Source of the DNA: a virus
Taxonomy: Duplodnaviria; Caudoviricetes
Reading direction: 5' to 3' (one strand)
Length of the DNA: 64,000 nucleotides
Virus record (IMG/VR): IMGVR_UViG_3300013121_000025
Coordinates: 32,001-96,000 of that record
This document shows positions 18,571 through 29,612 of this stretch, piece after piece (within the stretch, counting starts at the first letter, position 1; each line of letters begins with the position of its first letter). Under the pieces are notes generated by a model. It was not told where the DNA came from and did not search any database. It was given only the letters and a program-made list of their open reading frames with translations. The position numbers and the translations under genes are program-made.

Positions 18571-20028
18571 TTAATATCTATTACCAAATTCTGTTGTTAT
18601 AAGTTCAAATGAATCTATTTGAACGGAGTGTTGTTTGTTCGCGTTTGTTGTATTACTTACATGTAATCCAATGTTACATGCAGCAGTCGGAACACTATTA
18701 ATGGCAGTATACGACACGCCGTTGACAACAGGAGTCCACGATGTTCCGTTATTAAACGCTTCGAGAAAGTACCAAGTGTCTATAGCTGTTGCAATGGTCG
18801 TTGTAGCAGTTGAATCTACCCCACCCGTTCTTGTGTAAAAACGTAATGTAGTATCAACAGACAAATCTATAACAAAACGAACGCCATCTGTTCCAAGTGT
18901 GGTTGATGATATATCTGTTCCGATTCCAGCTATCACCCTCATGTTCGAAAATGTGGCGGTTGAAGGTACTCGAATCAACCAAGCCATATAATGAACCTGA
19001 CTTGCTAAGGTTATTAGAGTCGTAGCAGTCGCACCCATATGTAAACGAGCGGTCGCTCCGTTTGTTCCTTGAGGCGGTTGTAATTGAAAAATGCCAGGAT
19101 GATCTGATATGCCAGTAATAATAGCGTTAACGTTTGTGCCTGATCCTGTTACTGACCATCCTAACTCACCATATAATGCGGTACCAGAAGCAGCACTCGA
19201 TCCTACCATGAAATCATCATACCAACATCTACGTTTACGATTTACAGCCGTGCGGGCAAATAACGTCGGTTGAGCAGTTGTGCCGTACGGACTTGCATAA
19301 CCTTCTAATACTTCGTCAGATGTGTTAAATCTTAGTTGGCCATCTGTAGGCGAACCAGGACGTTGAGCTGTGGTTCCAGAAACAATTACTACACCCTCAG
19401 TTCCTGGCAATACTGCGTTTGATGCTATTTCGATTGTTGGATTTCCTCCTGTACCATCTCCATTTGTTAAAGTGATTTGGTTGGAAGTACCTGTAATTGT
19501 TACCGCGGACGTTGTATTAAGAGCTGTACGAACAAGTATGCCATTTGATCCAGGATCGTTGATTCCACCACCAGTTGCATTAATGGTTACATCTCCTGTT
19601 CCACCTGAGATGGAGATGTTAGTACCTGCTACAATCGAGGTAACACCAGTATTGGCAATTGAAATAGAATTTGCACCATGAGTTACAGAGATAGCTGTGC
19701 CCGCACTTACAGTTTTATATTCGAGAGCAGAAGCACCATTGTTCACGCCCAAAATTTGATTAGATGTACCAATAGATGTCAATCCTGTACCACCTTGACT
19801 TGTTGATGCAGCACCTCCAGGGGTTGCAATTACTAAATTTCCCCACGAAGCAGATTGAAACCCTTCGATAACTCCTGTTTCTGTGTTAAATCTAATTAGT
19901 CCGTTTGTACCTGATGGGCGTTCTGAAGTTGTTCCAGAAGATACAATTAAACCACCAGTGCCACCTATTCTAATAACACTATCGTTACCATCCGGTGAAA
20001 TTGTGTCTGTATCATGATCAATAATCAT
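18571..20028 (-). CDS. virion fibre-like structural protein
   Basis: Two GTTxxRP...RFNT repeats, G/T-rich shaft, lectin-like C-terminus; TAATG coupling with the upstream gene. Confidence 0.65.
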   Translation of the reverse strand: MIIDHDTDTISPDGNDSVIRIGGTGGLIVSSGTTSERPSGTNGLIRFNTETGVIEGFQSASWGNLVIATPGGAASTSQGGTGLTSIGTSNQILGVNNGASALEYKTVSAGTAISVTHGANSISIANTGVTSIVAGTNISISGGTGDVTINATGGGINDPGSNGILVRTALNTTSAVTITGTSNQITLTNGDGTGGNPTIEIASNAVLPGTEGVVIVSGTTAQRPGSPTDGQLRFNTSDEVLEGYASPYGTTAQPTLFARTAVNRKRRCWYDDFMVGSSAASGTALYGELGWSVTGSGTNVNAIITGISDHPGIFQLQPPQGTNGATARLHMGATATTLITLASQVHYMAWLIRVPSTATFSNMRVIAGIGTDISSTTLGTDGVRFVIDLSVDTTLRFYTRTGGVDSTATTTIATAIDTWYFLEAFNNGTSWTPVVNGVSYTAINSVPTAACNIGLHVSNTTNANKQHSVQIDSFELITTEFGNRY

Positions 20029-23000
20029 TAATTAGTAACCTCTGTTGTTGTCACTGTTGCAACCCATCTGATCGTTTTTGCATTTTGACCTGTTACTGCT
20101 ATTCTTATAGATCCGTTTGTAGTATCAGCTGTAACAGCTACGTCCCAGGCAGCGTCCGTTTCACCAAGAATTGTCTTAGCAGGTGTTCCTACAAGAACAG
20201 TAGATGCTGCTGTTCCATCACGTTTGATTACACCCTCGAGTTTATATCCTGCGCCGCCGCCTGTTGCGTCAGTACGTCTTGCGGTAATAAGAGCTGAGAA
20301 CGTAAAGCATGAATTATTTGGTAATACTAATCTTTGCGAAGATCCAGCACCATCTAGGAATAATTCTGTTGAAGTATTATTAGTTGTTGTAGCTCGTAGT
20401 ATATACACACCACGTTGAGCATCACCAGCTGTCGCAAAACTTCCATTTGCGTAAGCTTTTTGACCCCAAATTCTTGCAGAAGATCCGTCACCAACACCAA
20501 CCCCATTTATCGATGACGCAGCAGATCCGCTACCGATAGCAACTGCATTTGTGCCTGTCGCAGAAGGAGTGGTTGGTGAAGATGCGTTTTCTTTATAAAG
20601 ATTGATTGGTAAATCACTAAAAGTTGCAATGGACAGTGTGCCTGTACCAGTAGTTGATTTTACAATACCAGTTGATAGTGCAGAGGTGCCAGCAGAATAA
20701 TCTGTTCCAGCAGTTGCAGCACTAATTGTTGAACCATTGCCTTTCAATATACCAGTTACGGACGTTGAGTCGTTTCCTGTATTTGTTCCAGTAATAGCAT
20801 CTAGTTTTGTTTTATCTGCAGCAGACATAAACCCTGCTACAGACACAGTAGCAGCGGAATGTAATGATCCACCTCCTCTATTTCCATGCGCGTGAACGTG
20901 ATCAGCTCGTGGAATTTTAGTGTTATTAATACCAGCACTTGAAGTGGTATCTGCTAACTCCGTAATATCTGCAGCGTCCGCAGGTGTTAATGGATCACTA
21001 CCATTAAAAGCGTGTCGACTAACGTGTGCTGATACATCAACACCATCAACAGTTCCTACGTTTGTTATATTATATCCACCAGCATTCAAATTGCCGGTCA
21101 TAGCACGCGCTCCGCTTGCTAATAGATATTGTGTATGATCGTCGTTGAGAAGTCCTTGCAAATCACCATGATTAGAAGAGCCAGCTGTTCCTGATGCTTT
21201 AAAACCAATTCTCGGACGTGCATCTTCAATATCGACAATATTGTTATTTCCTTCTTGAACATAAATTACAGCAATTAAGGTAATTCCTTCGTCGAAATAC
21301 GATGGAGGAGAAGGCAAATTAGAAGTTATACAGTCTTGTAAAGATGCATGTTCTGATTGACCTAATACAAGTAAATATTTTTCATTGACCCCATCCCCCA
21401 CAGTATATAAAGTATGTTTTGTAAAATAGCCCGTTGATAACGCAGTTAATATATTTCCGTTATTCCATTGTGTATTATTAACAAAAGTGGTAACAGTAGT
21501 TTCCCAACTTGCTGAACCATTATGATTATATTGCATAAAGGATATGGCAGTGCCACCAGTAGGGGTAAACGGAATTTCAGAGAAATAATATGAACCAGTA
21601 GTTATATCAAGCTGAAGTGTTGGTGAACCTATGTTCTCTGTTACAATGGATCCTGATACATATACTGGGCCTAAAGCTTCTCTATTAAATAAAGATAATT
21701 TATTTGGGGTATGTAAGGCATCGACGCCCGTGGCATCAATAATTTCAACATCGCTATTAGTTATAATACGACCAAGATATACAGTTGTTGTTGTATTTGG
21801 TAATGCTCCCGCATATTGAGCAGTGTTGGACGTTTCGTCGATGTATATATAACTTACAGAATCAGTTGGTAATAGTAAAGATTGAGCGTCCCAATTAACA
21901 CGTTTGATAGACAACCCATCAACAGTTTCGATATAACCAAATCCAGCTGTAATGTCAATACTTAATGGAGCCCCAGCGGTTATAACACCACCTGAATAGA
22001 TACCAGCAGTTAATGATTTTTGGATAGCTGTTGAAACATTTGTCACTTCACCATTTGAATAGTGTAGTTGTAAATTATTTGAAAGATGAAGTTCTCCATC
22101 ATTTGAATCTAAAAAGTTCCATCCGAAGAAGGCACTATCACTTAAAATCTTAGTATAATCCGACATTGTACCAACAAAAGAACCTGTACCTGATGGATGT
22201 TCAATCCATATATTATAGAGTTCATTATTATTAGTCACAGATAATAAATTTATTTGAGCTGGTAATCCTACATTTCCGATATGAACACCATAAGAGAAAT
22301 TTATTATATGTCCACTATTTAAATTTACTATTGCTTGATCTTCAGCATATACTCCAACCCCAAACATTGAACCTTCAAGACCGAAAGTATTGATATCAAT
22401 TTTTGTGTTTAATCCTGAAGCATATATTCCTGACGAGGGCAATGCTGGTGAACTAATTGATACAGGATAAACATAAAAATTCTCTAAACTAGCATAAGCA
22501 TCATATCCATTTGTTGCATTTGCATATACAGCATAAGAAAAATCACCATCAAAATCTAAATATTCACCATCAAAATATGTATTTTGAGTAGCACTTGTTA
22601 GTAATATTCCTATATCACAATTTGAAAAAGAAACTTTATGAGCTTGTGAAAAATCTCCTGAATCTAATATTGCTATACCAGCATATCCAGGACCCGCATC
22701 TTCGATAGTAAAGAAAGATAGTTCGTTCCATGGACCAAGTTTAAATACATGATGACTCGAAGAATCAGGTCTAATAACAGCACCTTGAATATTTAATCCT
22801 GCTACTGACACATAAGGTTTTGCTGATAGATCTAACTCAGGTTCAATATATAACCCTGGACCAAGATAAATTAAATAACGATTCATTTCACTACTGCTTA
22901 CGATTGCACTTATAGCATCAGCAATGCTTGTAAAATCTCCACCACGTTTTGCTACTGTAATAACTTTTAAATCTTGTCCTGATACGAAGAAAGGGGAAGA

Positions 23001-24221
23001 ATCATTAATTGATATCTTATTATATACCAGATTTGCGACAATATATCCTTGTGTTCCGGGATCATCAATATCAATGTCTTTTGCAAAAGAATCTTCGATA
23101 ATGGTACCAGTTGCGTAAACTTTTGTTGGTAAGTTATTACCGCTTTGATGGGTGTAGATAGCTTTATTCCATCCTGTTATATAAGAAGAATTAATAACAA
23201 TTTGAGCACCATCAGTAACGTCAACAGCACTACCAAAAACTAAAGAAGGATTTTCAGCAATGTTTAAAGATTGATTCGTATAAATTACAGAACCTGATAC
23301 GAACAATTGTGTACCAATGCCTGATGCACGTATAAAATTCGTTGGTAAATTACCTGTTAAATTTTGTTGTGCCATGCCTTGAACAGCAATATAAGATGCT
23401 GTAAACCCCAATGGTGTGTAAGCATTTGTTACTTGATCAGGAAAATTTGGCCACGGAGAATCGACTACAAATGCTTCTGTGAATTCTCCGTTTACAGTTC
23501 CCCCCATCGTACAATCACGACAAATCATGATTGCTAATCCGTAAGAAGTTACTTTAACTTGAGTTTCATTATTTCCAAAAGCTACTCGTTGAATGTGAAA
23601 CACTTGGCCAAAAGCATTACTATCAAGAGTAAAACCAGTGTAATAAATTGCACTACCTCCAACTCCTGTAGCTCCTTTCAATGTAACATTGTTGATACCT
23701 GCAGCAGGTGATCCTGTTACTAATGGCGATGTTGTCGTTGATGCTACAATTTCTGTTGAAGCGTTGCCACAACCTTCGACTGAAACGAATGATGGAATGG
23801 TGAATGGATCTTCAACGAAAGTGCCAGGACCTACACGTACGATGTATAAATTATTATGCGCAGCATCGACAATACTATCAAGAGCTGCTTTAATAGAAGT
23901 AAAATCATGTCCATCAGCTTGTTTACTTACAGTAATTACGTTTGCATCTTTGAAAGTTAATAAATTTGATTCATCGATAGATTTTAACCAACTAATTCCA
24001 TTATGTACTTCAATATTGCCCGTGTCAGTATTATAACGCATACGAGCGACATCAGGAGGTGAATTATCTAACGGACGTTCGGCAGTTGTACCAAACGGAA
24101 TATATAAAGCACCTGTTCCTTGAATTTTAAACGATTGTGTTTCACCACCCAAAGGAGGAGCTTCACTTGTATCGATTGTTAATAGGCCTTTAATCGACCC
24201 TTCGTCATGATCAAATAACAT
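20028..24221 (-). CDS. large virion fibre/spike protein with pectin-lyase-like beta-helix domains
   Basis: Two VITV(S/A)K...DFTSIxxAxxxI...xxGPGxxxE pectinesterase-type starts; GTTAERP N-terminus; EVTN C-terminal domain. Confidence 0.7.
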   Translation of the reverse strand: MLFDHDEGSIKGLLTIDTSEAPPLGGETQSFKIQGTGALYIPFGTTAERPLDNSPPDVARMRYNTDTGNIEVHNGISWLKSIDESNLLTFKDANVITVSKQADGHDFTSIKAALDSIVDAAHNNLYIVRVGPGTFVEDPFTIPSFVSVEGCGNASTEIVASTTTSPLVTGSPAAGINNVTLKGATGVGGSAIYYTGFTLDSNAFGQVFHIQRVAFGNNETQVKVTSYGLAIMICRDCTMGGTVNGEFTEAFVVDSPWPNFPDQVTNAYTPLGFTASYIAVQGMAQQNLTGNLPTNFIRASGIGTQLFVSGSVIYTNQSLNIAENPSLVFGSAVDVTDGAQIVINSSYITGWNKAIYTHQSGNNLPTKVYATGTIIEDSFAKDIDIDDPGTQGYIVANLVYNKISINDSSPFFVSGQDLKVITVAKRGGDFTSIADAISAIVSSSEMNRYLIYLGPGLYIEPELDLSAKPYVSVAGLNIQGAVIRPDSSSHHVFKLGPWNELSFFTIEDAGPGYAGIAILDSGDFSQAHKVSFSNCDIGILLTSATQNTYFDGEYLDFDGDFSYAVYANATNGYDAYASLENFYVYPVSISSPALPSSGIYASGLNTKIDINTFGLEGSMFGVGVYAEDQAIVNLNSGHIINFSYGVHIGNVGLPAQINLLSVTNNNELYNIWIEHPSGTGSFVGTMSDYTKILSDSAFFGWNFLDSNDGELHLSNNLQLHYSNGEVTNVSTAIQKSLTAGIYSGGVITAGAPLSIDITAGFGYIETVDGLSIKRVNWDAQSLLLPTDSVSYIYIDETSNTAQYAGALPNTTTTVYLGRIITNSDVEIIDATGVDALHTPNKLSLFNREALGPVYVSGSIVTENIGSPTLQLDITTGSYYFSEIPFTPTGGTAISFMQYNHNGSASWETTVTTFVNNTQWNNGNILTALSTGYFTKHTLYTVGDGVNEKYLLVLGQSEHASLQDCITSNLPSPPSYFDEGITLIAVIYVQEGNNNIVDIEDARPRIGFKASGTAGSSNHGDLQGLLNDDHTQYLLASGARAMTGNLNAGGYNITNVGTVDGVDVSAHVSRHAFNGSDPLTPADAADITELADTTSSAGINNTKIPRADHVHAHGNRGGGSLHSAATVSVAGFMSAADKTKLDAITGTNTGNDSTSVTGILKGNGSTISAATAGTDYSAGTSALSTGIVKSTTGTGTLSIATFSDLPINLYKENASSPTTPSATGTNAVAIGSGSAASSINGVGVGDGSSARIWGQKAYANGSFATAGDAQRGVYILRATTTNNTSTELFLDGAGSSQRLVLPNNSCFTFSALITARRTDATGGGAGYKLEGVIKRDGTAASTVLVGTPAKTILGETDAAWDVAVTADTTNGSIRIAVTGQNAKTIRWVATVTTTEVTN

Positions 24222-25012
24222 TAATTAGTTACCTCTATTGTTTCTATATGAGCAGCCCATCTGATCGTTTTTCCGTTTTGCCCTTTTGTTTGTACTACTA
24301 ACGCACCATGTGTCGTGTCAGCTACGATATTTATGTCCCAAGGTCCGTTGCTTTCAGCAATAATATTTTTAACAATATTACCTTGGAGAGATGTTGTTGC
24401 TGCTCCTGCTGCTCTGTAAATAACTCCTTCAGCAGTATAACCAGCATGACCATCAGAAGCGTCGGTTCTATGACCTACTACGTATACTTTAAACATCCAT
24501 GTACTATCGTCAGGTAAAATAATTCGTTGTGTTTCATTTTCCCCATCAGCAAATAATTCGGTAAACGAATTATTTGTTGTTATATTACGAACAACATAAT
24601 TTCCACGCTGACAATCACCATTGTTGCCAAACATTCCTGACGAATGTGCCATACCGCCGTAAGCCCTGGTAATAGATTGAAACCCAAGTGCGATAGAATA
24701 ATCTTTTGGTGCTGATGTTGAATCACCAATTGCAATGCTATTAACACCAGTGGCTGACGGTGCACCAAATGTTAAGGCATTTTGAGCATATAAAGAAGGC
24801 GTGTCAATAGTATCAGCTTTTGCAGACCATTTATTAGTCCCTGATCCTGCAGACGTTTTAGTGTATAGTTCGCCCGTCGTTTTATCAGTATATACAGAAC
24901 CAACACCTGCTGTGTTAGTATCTGATGACAATCCTGGAGCCCCAGTACCACAAATCAAACGAATTTCGTCGTTGATTTCTAGTCCTCTGACAATTCTAAA
25001 AAAATCACTCAT
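24221..25012 (-). CDS. virion structural protein, paralogous to the C-terminus of 20028..24221
   Basis: Ends GQNGKTIRWAAHIETIEVTN, compared with GQNAKTIRWVATVTTTEVTN. Confidence 0.7.
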   Translation of the reverse strand: MSDFFRIVRGLEINDEIRLICGTGAPGLSSDTNTAGVGSVYTDKTTGELYTKTSAGSGTNKWSAKADTIDTPSLYAQNALTFGAPSATGVNSIAIGDSTSAPKDYSIALGFQSITRAYGGMAHSSGMFGNNGDCQRGNYVVRNITTNNSFTELFADGENETQRIILPDDSTWMFKVYVVGHRTDASDGHAGYTAEGVIYRAAGAATTSLQGNIVKNIIAESNGPWDINIVADTTHGALVVQTKGQNGKTIRWAAHIETIEVTN

Positions 25013-25040
25013 TTATCTTTAGATGCTCCAATTCATTTAG

Positions 25041-25048
25041 TATTTATA
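25041..25048 (-). promoter_or_regulatory. T4-like late promoter TATAAATA
   Basis: Exact T4 late consensus about 29 nt upstream of the start at 25012. Confidence 0.6.
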
Positions 25049-26129
25049 GCAATATCGGCATTCTAATCAAGTTAAAATGCACTTCGTCAGATGTGTTATT
25101 TGTTACAACACACACATATTTTCCATCAAATATGCTAACAGTAGTTGAGAGATTAAAAAATGATCCAACTATCGAAAATACTGTACCAGAGGCAGTAGTT
25201 GTGTTTTCTAATACAGCATTTACTTCATATGCCATAGAAGCGTTAGTTGTTGTATTAATAGCATTAACGATCCATTTCATACTTCTAACATCAAGTGTGC
25301 TTAATTTACCATCGATTATTTTTGTTTTTCCTGGTAATATAGTATTGTCGGAAGGGGTCCAAATAAAATCTTCGAGTGGACAATTATCATATACATCAGA
25401 GTTTTGAACAGGTACGCGTGATACATCGACTCGAACAGTATTTCCTGAATTATTAACTAGATTTAAAATTACATAATCACTATCAGTTGTAACAGTAACA
25501 TCAAAATTGGATATAAAAGTTTGTGAATATCCAAATACACTATATGTTACTGTTCCGGCATTATTTAAACAACATACTTGAACACCATCTCCATTACTAT
25601 TAGTATCGTATACAGCCACATTCCATCGTACAGCATTTACATTATTAATATCTACAACATCAATTGCTTCTGTAATTGAATCTGGTACCAAAGTACTAAC
25701 ACTTGACACTTTTACTTTCGCTAATGTTGGAATAGTGATGCAATCAGTTGGAACAGTTAAACGAGTAGCATATACAAACAAAGAAGACGATTCATTATTA
25801 GTGATGTCCACATATACTGTACCTGAAATAAGATCAACAGTAAGGTCGTAATTAATAGCATCACCCATAATATTATATTGATTATTGTATGGAGTAACAG
25901 AATTATGAGTGACTAACATTTCGAATACTTGCATTTTTGAATCATCTGGCAAATTAAGCAATACTAGGTACTTTGCAGCACTTACTTCAGCGCATAAGAA
26001 ATCATCAAGATGTTCAGTATTTGTACTAAACACTAGTTCTTTAAGTGATACAGCAGGAATGTGGCGTGTTAGAGTAGTAGCATTTGCTGATGAAGGAGCA
26101 GAAGCAGGTTTTGCTATGATTATACTCAT
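25044..26129 (-). CDS. probable virion structural protein (three tandem beta-rich domains)
   Basis: 361 aa with three internal repeats (AAKYLV / AVRWNV / SMKWIV ... V(D/N)xxNN). Confidence 0.6.
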   Translation of the reverse strand: MSIIIAKPASAPSSANATTLTRHIPAVSLKELVFSTNTEHLDDFLCAEVSAAKYLVLLNLPDDSKMQVFEMLVTHNSVTPYNNQYNIMGDAINYDLTVDLISGTVYVDITNNESSSLFVYATRLTVPTDCITIPTLAKVKVSSVSTLVPDSITEAIDVVDINNVNAVRWNVAVYDTNSNGDGVQVCCLNNAGTVTYSVFGYSQTFISNFDVTVTTDSDYVILNLVNNSGNTVRVDVSRVPVQNSDVYDNCPLEDFIWTPSDNTILPGKTKIIDGKLSTLDVRSMKWIVNAINTTTNASMAYEVNAVLENTTTASGTVFSIVGSFFNLSTTVSIFDGKYVCVVTNNTSDEVHFNLIRMPILL

Positions 26130-26150
26130 ATGATATTCTCTAACTATGTT

Positions 26151-26166
26151 TATTTACTAATAAATA
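26151..26166. promoter_or_regulatory. back-to-back late promoters (TAAATA on both strands)
   Basis: TATTTA at 26151-26156 (minus) and TAAATA at 26161-26166 (plus), between divergent genes. Confidence 0.55.
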
Positions 26167-26192
26167 TTTGGCAGGATGATGATATTATATTT

Positions 26193-26771
26193 ATGAAAAT
26201 TGTTACAGTACCTTTTTTTCAGAACGGAATACCAGCAATTGGCTTAACCCCTACCATAAGCATTTATGAATTGAGTGGTACTTTTCCCTATGCAAATACC
26301 TTGATAGTGTCAAATGATTCTTGTGATGAAATAGGATTAGGATGGTATAGATATAATTTTTCCACATACGATCCTACTAAGAATTATGTGTTTACAATTG
26401 ATGGAGGTAATACATTATCAACAGGGGATCGTTATAAGTGTGGTGGAAATGAGAGTTATGTTGAAGATATATCGTCTGAAGTTTGGAACGAAACGTTGAT
26501 TGATCATATCGATTCAGGATCGACAGGTGAGGTATTGGCACAAACAAAAGCAAACACAGCAACGTTAGTAGTCAATGAAGTAACAATTTTCACATTACTA
26601 GATACATTATTAAAATATCAACGAAATCGTACAAAAATTGATCTTCCAAACAATCAATTAATCATTTATGATGATGATTGTGTTACTCCTTTGACCACCT
26701 TTAACCTCAAAGACTTTAATGGTATGCCGAGTGTGGCCGAGGTTTGTGAAAGAATTCCAACGACTTGTTAA
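26193..26771 (+). CDS. hypothetical protein (probably virion-associated)
   Basis: ORF 26130..26771; the start is more likely the ATG at 26193, downstream of the late promoter. Confidence 0.65.
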   Translation: MKIVTVPFFQNGIPAIGLTPTISIYELSGTFPYANTLIVSNDSCDEIGLGWYRYNFSTYDPTKNYVFTIDGGNTLSTGDRYKCGGNESYVEDISSEVWNETLIDHIDSGSTGEVLAQTKANTATLVVNEVTIFTLLDTLLKYQRNRTKIDLPNNQLIIYDDDCVTPLTTFNLKDFNGMPSVAEVCERIPTTC

Positions 26772-26773
26772 TT

Positions 26774-27247
26774 ATGTCAATTTTTAAGCATACATATAGT
26801 GGTTTAATAACAGGAGGTTTAGGGAATTCTGCTTGCTGTGGTTTAATAACTATGCAGTTTCATGTGTTTAAGTGTAAGATTGAAGTTATTGTTCCGTCAG
26901 GTGGTGGAGGAGGATCTTATCCATTAGCACCAGGACAAATACAAAATTTCTTTAAACCTGTAAATCCTGGCAAATTTCATATACCACGTGATACTTTGCA
27001 ACAAACAATTATTGTTAAAATAACAATGAACGGAAAAGTAACCACAAAAGAATATAAAACATACCCTGTAGTTGCGAAAATAATTGCAAAAATCATAAAT
27101 ATTAAAGACGTCACACGTGATGCTGTTAAAATTCGTGTGGATTACATAAAGAACAAATTCGATAATGTTATTGCTATTATTAAACGCATTAACAATAAAA
27201 AAGAATACATTACTCCTGATATCACCAATGTGAAGAATAAAGAATGA
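26774..27247 (+). CDS. hypothetical protein
   Basis: ATG just after the upstream stop; LITGGLG N-terminus, Gly linker; ATGA overlap with the next gene. Confidence 0.6.
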   Translation: MSIFKHTYSGLITGGLGNSACCGLITMQFHVFKCKIEVIVPSGGGGGSYPLAPGQIQNFFKPVNPGKFHIPRDTLQQTIIVKITMNGKVTTKEYKTYPVVAKIIAKIINIKDVTRDAVKIRVDYIKNKFDNVIAIIKRINNKKEYITPDITNVKNKE

Positions 27248-28011
27248 CAATAACCGTAAATTCAAATGCTCCAACAGAAATATTGTTTGACCTCGAATTG
27301 GACGGGGTGTCAACTCTCACTCTATTAGAATGTAGATTTTGTATCCTAAGTGATGTGTCTATGTTTTTTTCATGTACTCGTGTAGGTGAAAAACAATATA
27401 GTGTTACTTTACCGATATTAACTATGCTCGAGAAAAATAAAACATACAAGTATGCAATTGAAGTAATTGCTGATAATTATTATTTTAAAGCATTAGAAGA
27501 TTCATTTACTGTTAAAGAAATTGTTACTAAGGCGACTGCTACTGTAACGAGTCCTGTGCCGTCTGCACCACCGTCTCCGAAAGAACCAGAGCCTACTTCT
27601 GCCACTACTCAGGAGCCAGAAAAGAAGGTCACAGAGCCTATCCCAATGGTGTTTAAACCAGGAAAACGCTCTTTTGAAATGGAACCAGTATCTGTTGACC
27701 AGCCATTAATTAAATCTGTATTATCAGATAAAAAAGATGAACAACCTTCATCTGAACCTGTAAAGCCACAGCTGCCTAAGAAGATTGAAAAGAAAGAACC
27801 AGAGAAAAAAGACACAGAAAAGAAAGAACATACAGAAACTGATAAGAAAGTGTTAGATGTTATCGATCAGCATAAGAAAGAAGAACGTAAAAAGGTTCAA
27901 GAATCAGTTTCCAAAGAAGTATTAGGCTTTTTAGAAAAGCATGAAAAATCTAAAAAGATAGAACAATTATTGCAAGAACATACCAAGAGTAAAAAACATG
28001 AATCTACTTGA
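27244..28011 (+). CDS. hypothetical protein with P/E/K-rich low-complexity C-terminus
   Basis: 255-aa ORF overlapping both neighbours. Confidence 0.7.
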   Translation: MTITVNSNAPTEILFDLELDGVSTLTLLECRFCILSDVSMFFSCTRVGEKQYSVTLPILTMLEKNKTYKYAIEVIADNYYFKALEDSFTVKEIVTKATATVTSPVPSAPPSPKEPEPTSATTQEPEKKVTEPIPMVFKPGKRSFEMEPVSVDQPLIKSVLSDKKDEQPSSEPVKPQLPKKIEKKEPEKKDTEKKEHTETDKKVLDVIDQHKKEERKKVQESVSKEVLGFLEKHEKSKKIEQLLQEHTKSKKHEST

Positions 28012-28513
28012 AATGACCATTCCAGAATTAATTAATTCGACAGAAAATACATTCCCTGATACTGACAAACGTCAGAATGCGACTGCTGAAGTCAGAGTCG
28101 AAAACGTATCATTTGTTCCCACTTCTGGTGGTTTGATGATTAAATCTGAAGTTGTAAACACAAATAAAGGAAGTAGATATCACACAAGTGTGATGATCGA
28201 AAATGTTGAATTTCAGGAAACGTCGTCAAACGAAACTGTAACAATAAAAGGATCAGATGGAGCAGATCATTTTATTGTTCCGATTGATATTAACACCACA
28301 GACGTAAAAGTAAACTGTACGTGTTTAGATTTTGGATTTAGATTTGCTATTTGGAATTATAATAAAGATTCATTACTTGGACAAAAACCTGAACCTTATA
28401 AGAAAAAGCCTGACAGTAATCGTCCACCAGCTAATCCAAAACAAAGTCCAGGGGTTTGCAAACATCTTTTCAAAACATTCGACGAATTAAAAACACATAG
28501 TATTTTTAAGTAA
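27998..28513 (+). CDS. SWIM-type zinc-finger protein
   Basis: VNCTCLDF...GVCKHL fits CxC...CxH. Confidence 0.7.
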   Translation: MNLLEMTIPELINSTENTFPDTDKRQNATAEVRVENVSFVPTSGGLMIKSEVVNTNKGSRYHTSVMIENVEFQETSSNETVTIKGSDGADHFIVPIDINTTDVKVNCTCLDFGFRFAIWNYNKDSLLGQKPEPYKKKPDSNRPPANPKQSPGVCKHLFKTFDELKTHSIFK

Positions 28514-29612
28514 CAACTGTTATTTCGTGACCTTCACCATAACCCGGTAAAGACATATTGTAATATTGCTGTTCAATAATTCCAGGATGTAAATATTTGT
28601 CTCGACGTGTTAACTGACGGGAATTTATTTCATCCTTACTTACCACAAAAATAACATACTCAATTATCCATCCATGTTGTTTCGCAGTCATAACAAATTG
28701 CTGTCTTGATTTTTTAGACATATTAGTATTATCTAAAAAGATTGTATCAATACTATTATTATGTATCATTTCCATAAATCTAGCAAATGCTCTATTTTGA
28801 AATTTAGAATCTTTAGTTGACAATTGAAAACAGTATTCATATTGCTCTTTAGGATTCATAATAATATGTGGATCAGTATAGTACTCCAACCGTAAATCGT
28901 CCCAAGAAAAAGTAGCTGACGTTGCCGTTTTGTGGTTTTCAACATATGTTGATTTACCACTTCCTGATGGGCCAATTAAAACTACTAAACTTTTATTTTC
29001 AAGCATCTCATCGTTGTCAATAGCTTGAGGGAATGCAGTAATCCAATCTTCCACTTTCTGTAATTTTTGAAAATGATCGTCAGATATTCTTCCACGAGCA
29101 TCTGCTCTTAACATATCAAAGAAATTCTCTCTCAAATACAATTCTTTGAGAGTCAATGCAATATTATTGACTTTGTTTTTATCCTTCAATGAATATGGTA
29201 AATGATTTTCGATTAACCATGCAACAGGATAGAATAAGTGTTGAATAGGGTTTGGACACAATGAATCAAATTCATTGGTAAACTTTGTTAAGTAATCACG
29301 CCACATATTAGCACTGATTTTTTCATGTCCACCAAAACGATAGTATACTGATCCGTCTGGACGAGTAACTTCTTCTTTCGATTTTGGCTTACCTACATCA
29401 TGAAATGCCAAAGCAAGACCAACAATGACATCGTTTAATGACCATTCATTATAATTTTTGATTTTAAAGTATTCATCCACTACCATGTCTGTATGTATTG
29501 CTACATTAGCTTCTCTATGATAGGGTGAGTTTTCTTTAACATCCCTCATATTATTATACAATTCAGAAGGTTTAAAGTTATTTAAATACCAATTAGTAAA
29601 AATTTGTTTCAT
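28506..29612 (-). CDS. HD-domain phosphohydrolase fused to an AAA_33/PNK-like P-loop kinase
   Basis: YHRE..VAIHT, AFHDVGKP, GHEKISA, ADARGR (HD domain); LIGPSGSGKST and LDNTN...R (kinase). Confidence 0.85.
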   Translation of the reverse strand: MKQIFTNWYLNNFKPSELYNNMRDVKENSPYHREANVAIHTDMVVDEYFKIKNYNEWSLNDVIVGLALAFHDVGKPKSKEEVTRPDGSVYYRFGGHEKISANMWRDYLTKFTNEFDSLCPNPIQHLFYPVAWLIENHLPYSLKDKNKVNNIALTLKELYLRENFFDMLRADARGRISDDHFQKLQKVEDWITAFPQAIDNDEMLENKSLVVLIGPSGSGKSTYVENHKTATSATFSWDDLRLEYYTDPHIIMNPKEQYEYCFQLSTKDSKFQNRAFARFMEMIHNNSIDTIFLDNTNMSKKSRQQFVMTAKQHGWIIEYVIFVVSKDEINSRQLTRRDKYLHPGIIEQQYYNMSLPGYGEGHEITVVT

